A program made the translations under genes and the position numbers. The notes below the pieces were generated by a model. The model was not told the origin of the DNA. It saw only the letters and a list, made by a program, of their open reading frames with translations, and made no database searches. DNA of 64,000 bases from Tubiluchus corallicola (lineage: Eukaryota; Animalia; Priapulida): positions 806,001 through 870,000 of the forward strand of contig JAQGDQ010000040.1 of assembly GCA_030141605.1 (NCBI GenBank), given 5' to 3'. This document shows positions 62,982 through 64,000 of this stretch, piece by piece. Within the stretch, counting starts at the first letter, position 1; each line of letters starts with the position of its first letter.

Positions 62982-63117
62982 GAGACTTTATAGAGTGAAA
63001 TATTTTGGTTTAGGCAGAGGAGGAACTCGATGAAGACGGCAGTTTATTGACGTAAATGAAGATTTTGAAGAGAATTTTGATGAAAGTATTGATAAAAAGA
63101 TAAACTTTGTAAGGGTA
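62982..63117 (-). repeat. Palindromic intergenic repeat, copy 13 (inverted)
   Basis: GAGACTTTATAG...CGGCAGTTTATTGACGTAAATGAAGATTTTG...AAAAAGATAAACTTTGTAAGGG. Confidence 0.7.
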
Positions 63118-63192
63118 TACATAATAATTTATACAATCAGGTAGCTACGGAGCCACCCATCAGGTGTTAAAAAAAAGCTGCTTTTCAATCAA

Positions 63193-64000
63193 ATGAACCG
63201 ACTTAGGGAGAGGACATATAATACCCTTATTCGAGGCTTTACCACACTGTTATTTATAGTTGTGCTAGGAACATTTGGGTTCCGTATGCTGGAAAAGCTA
63301 AGCTGGGTAGACTCATTTTATATGACTATACTCTCTATCTCTACGGTAGGGTTTGAAGTTGTAAAACCGCTATCCCAAGATGGCAAAATATTTGTTTCTA
63401 TCCTTATAATCTTAAGCCTGGGGAATGTAGCTTATGTAGGATCTATTTTTGTGCGATTTTTCTTTGATGGTGAGTTTTTTGAATATATAAAAACCAAGCG
63501 TATGAACGAGAAAGTATCAAAATTGTCAAACCATGTTATTGTGTGTGGTTTTGGGAGAAATGGAGAGCAGGTTGCTTCTGAACTGGTAGACCATGAACAT
63601 CCGTTTGTAGTTGTTGAAAAACAAGAACACATCATAGAACTTTTGGCAAAAAAGTCCAACATGCTTTATGTCAATGGAGATGCAACACATGAAGATACTC
63701 TTGACCTGGCAGGGATAAAAAAGGCCAGAGCTCTTATTGCCACTACGCCAAGCGATGCTGAGAACATATTTATGGTACTTACCGCAAAAGATATGAACCC
63801 CAACCTGACTATTATTAGCAGGGCATCTGAGCCGGGATCAGCAATAAAACTACGCAGGGCGGGAGCATCTAATATTATTATGCCCGAAAGAATGGGAGGG
63901 CAGAGAATGGCACGGCTTGTTACACAGCCGGATGTAGTTGAATTTGTAGAATATATTCTTATGCAGAGTAATAAGGATGTGAGTCTCAACGAGGTGTCTT
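63193..64000 (+). CDS. 2-TM potassium channel with TrkA/RCK domain, runs off the window (not in ORF track)
   Basis: MNRLRER...SISTVGFEVV pore; HVIVCGFGRNG, GDAT, AGA..IIMPE. Confidence 0.9.
   Translation, partial: MNRLRERTYNTLIRGFTTLLFIVVLGTFGFRMLEKLSWVDSFYMTILSISTVGFEVVKPLSQDGKIFVSILIILSLGNVAYVGSIFVRFFFDGEFFEYIKTKRMNEKVSKLSNHVIVCGFGRNGEQVASELVDHEHPFVVVEKQEHIIELLAKKSNMLYVNGDATHEDTLDLAGIKKARALIATTPSDAENIFMVLTAKDMNPNLTIISRASEPGSAIKLRRAGASNIIMPERMGGQRMARLVTQPDVVEFVEYILMQSNKDVSLNEVS

Noticed and set aside
1-64000. Alternative genetic code or stop readthrough
   Set aside because: Conserved genes are full length and end in TAA, TAG or TGA; the tRNA-Trp anticodon is CCA

Overview
Bacteroidota chromosome segment, probably Bacteroidales/Marinilabiliales-like (TAnnTTTG promoters, rpsL-rpsG-fusA-rpsJ order without tuf, lineage-type DUF5063/DUF2851 genes). 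It is mostly housekeeping: helicase, pullulanase, ald, tsaE, fumarase, prfB, recX, prmC, ribD, aroB/aroA, uvrB, tRNA-Trp, htpG, an SOR/peroxiredoxin/PerR module, sucCD, ispG, the full str-S10-spc-alpha ribosomal superoperon, a eukaryote-type citrate synthase, a UbiD-family decarboxylase and a partial K+ channel. Accessory content is two near-identical DDE IS copies that each split a gene, a decayed tyrosine-integrase island, and about 13 diverged copies of a ~125-bp palindromic intergenic repeat. The most interesting signals are non-coding: an ORF-free 0.9-kb region with a candidate anti-start-codon sRNA and a divergently transcribed ~300-nt multibranched RNA, a pseudoknot-like leader before a PLP dehydratase, and a structured rpsL-rpsG spacer. 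prfB lacks its programmed frameshift, and L17 carries nine 15-aa repeats. All calls come from reading motifs by eye; no searches or folding programs were run.
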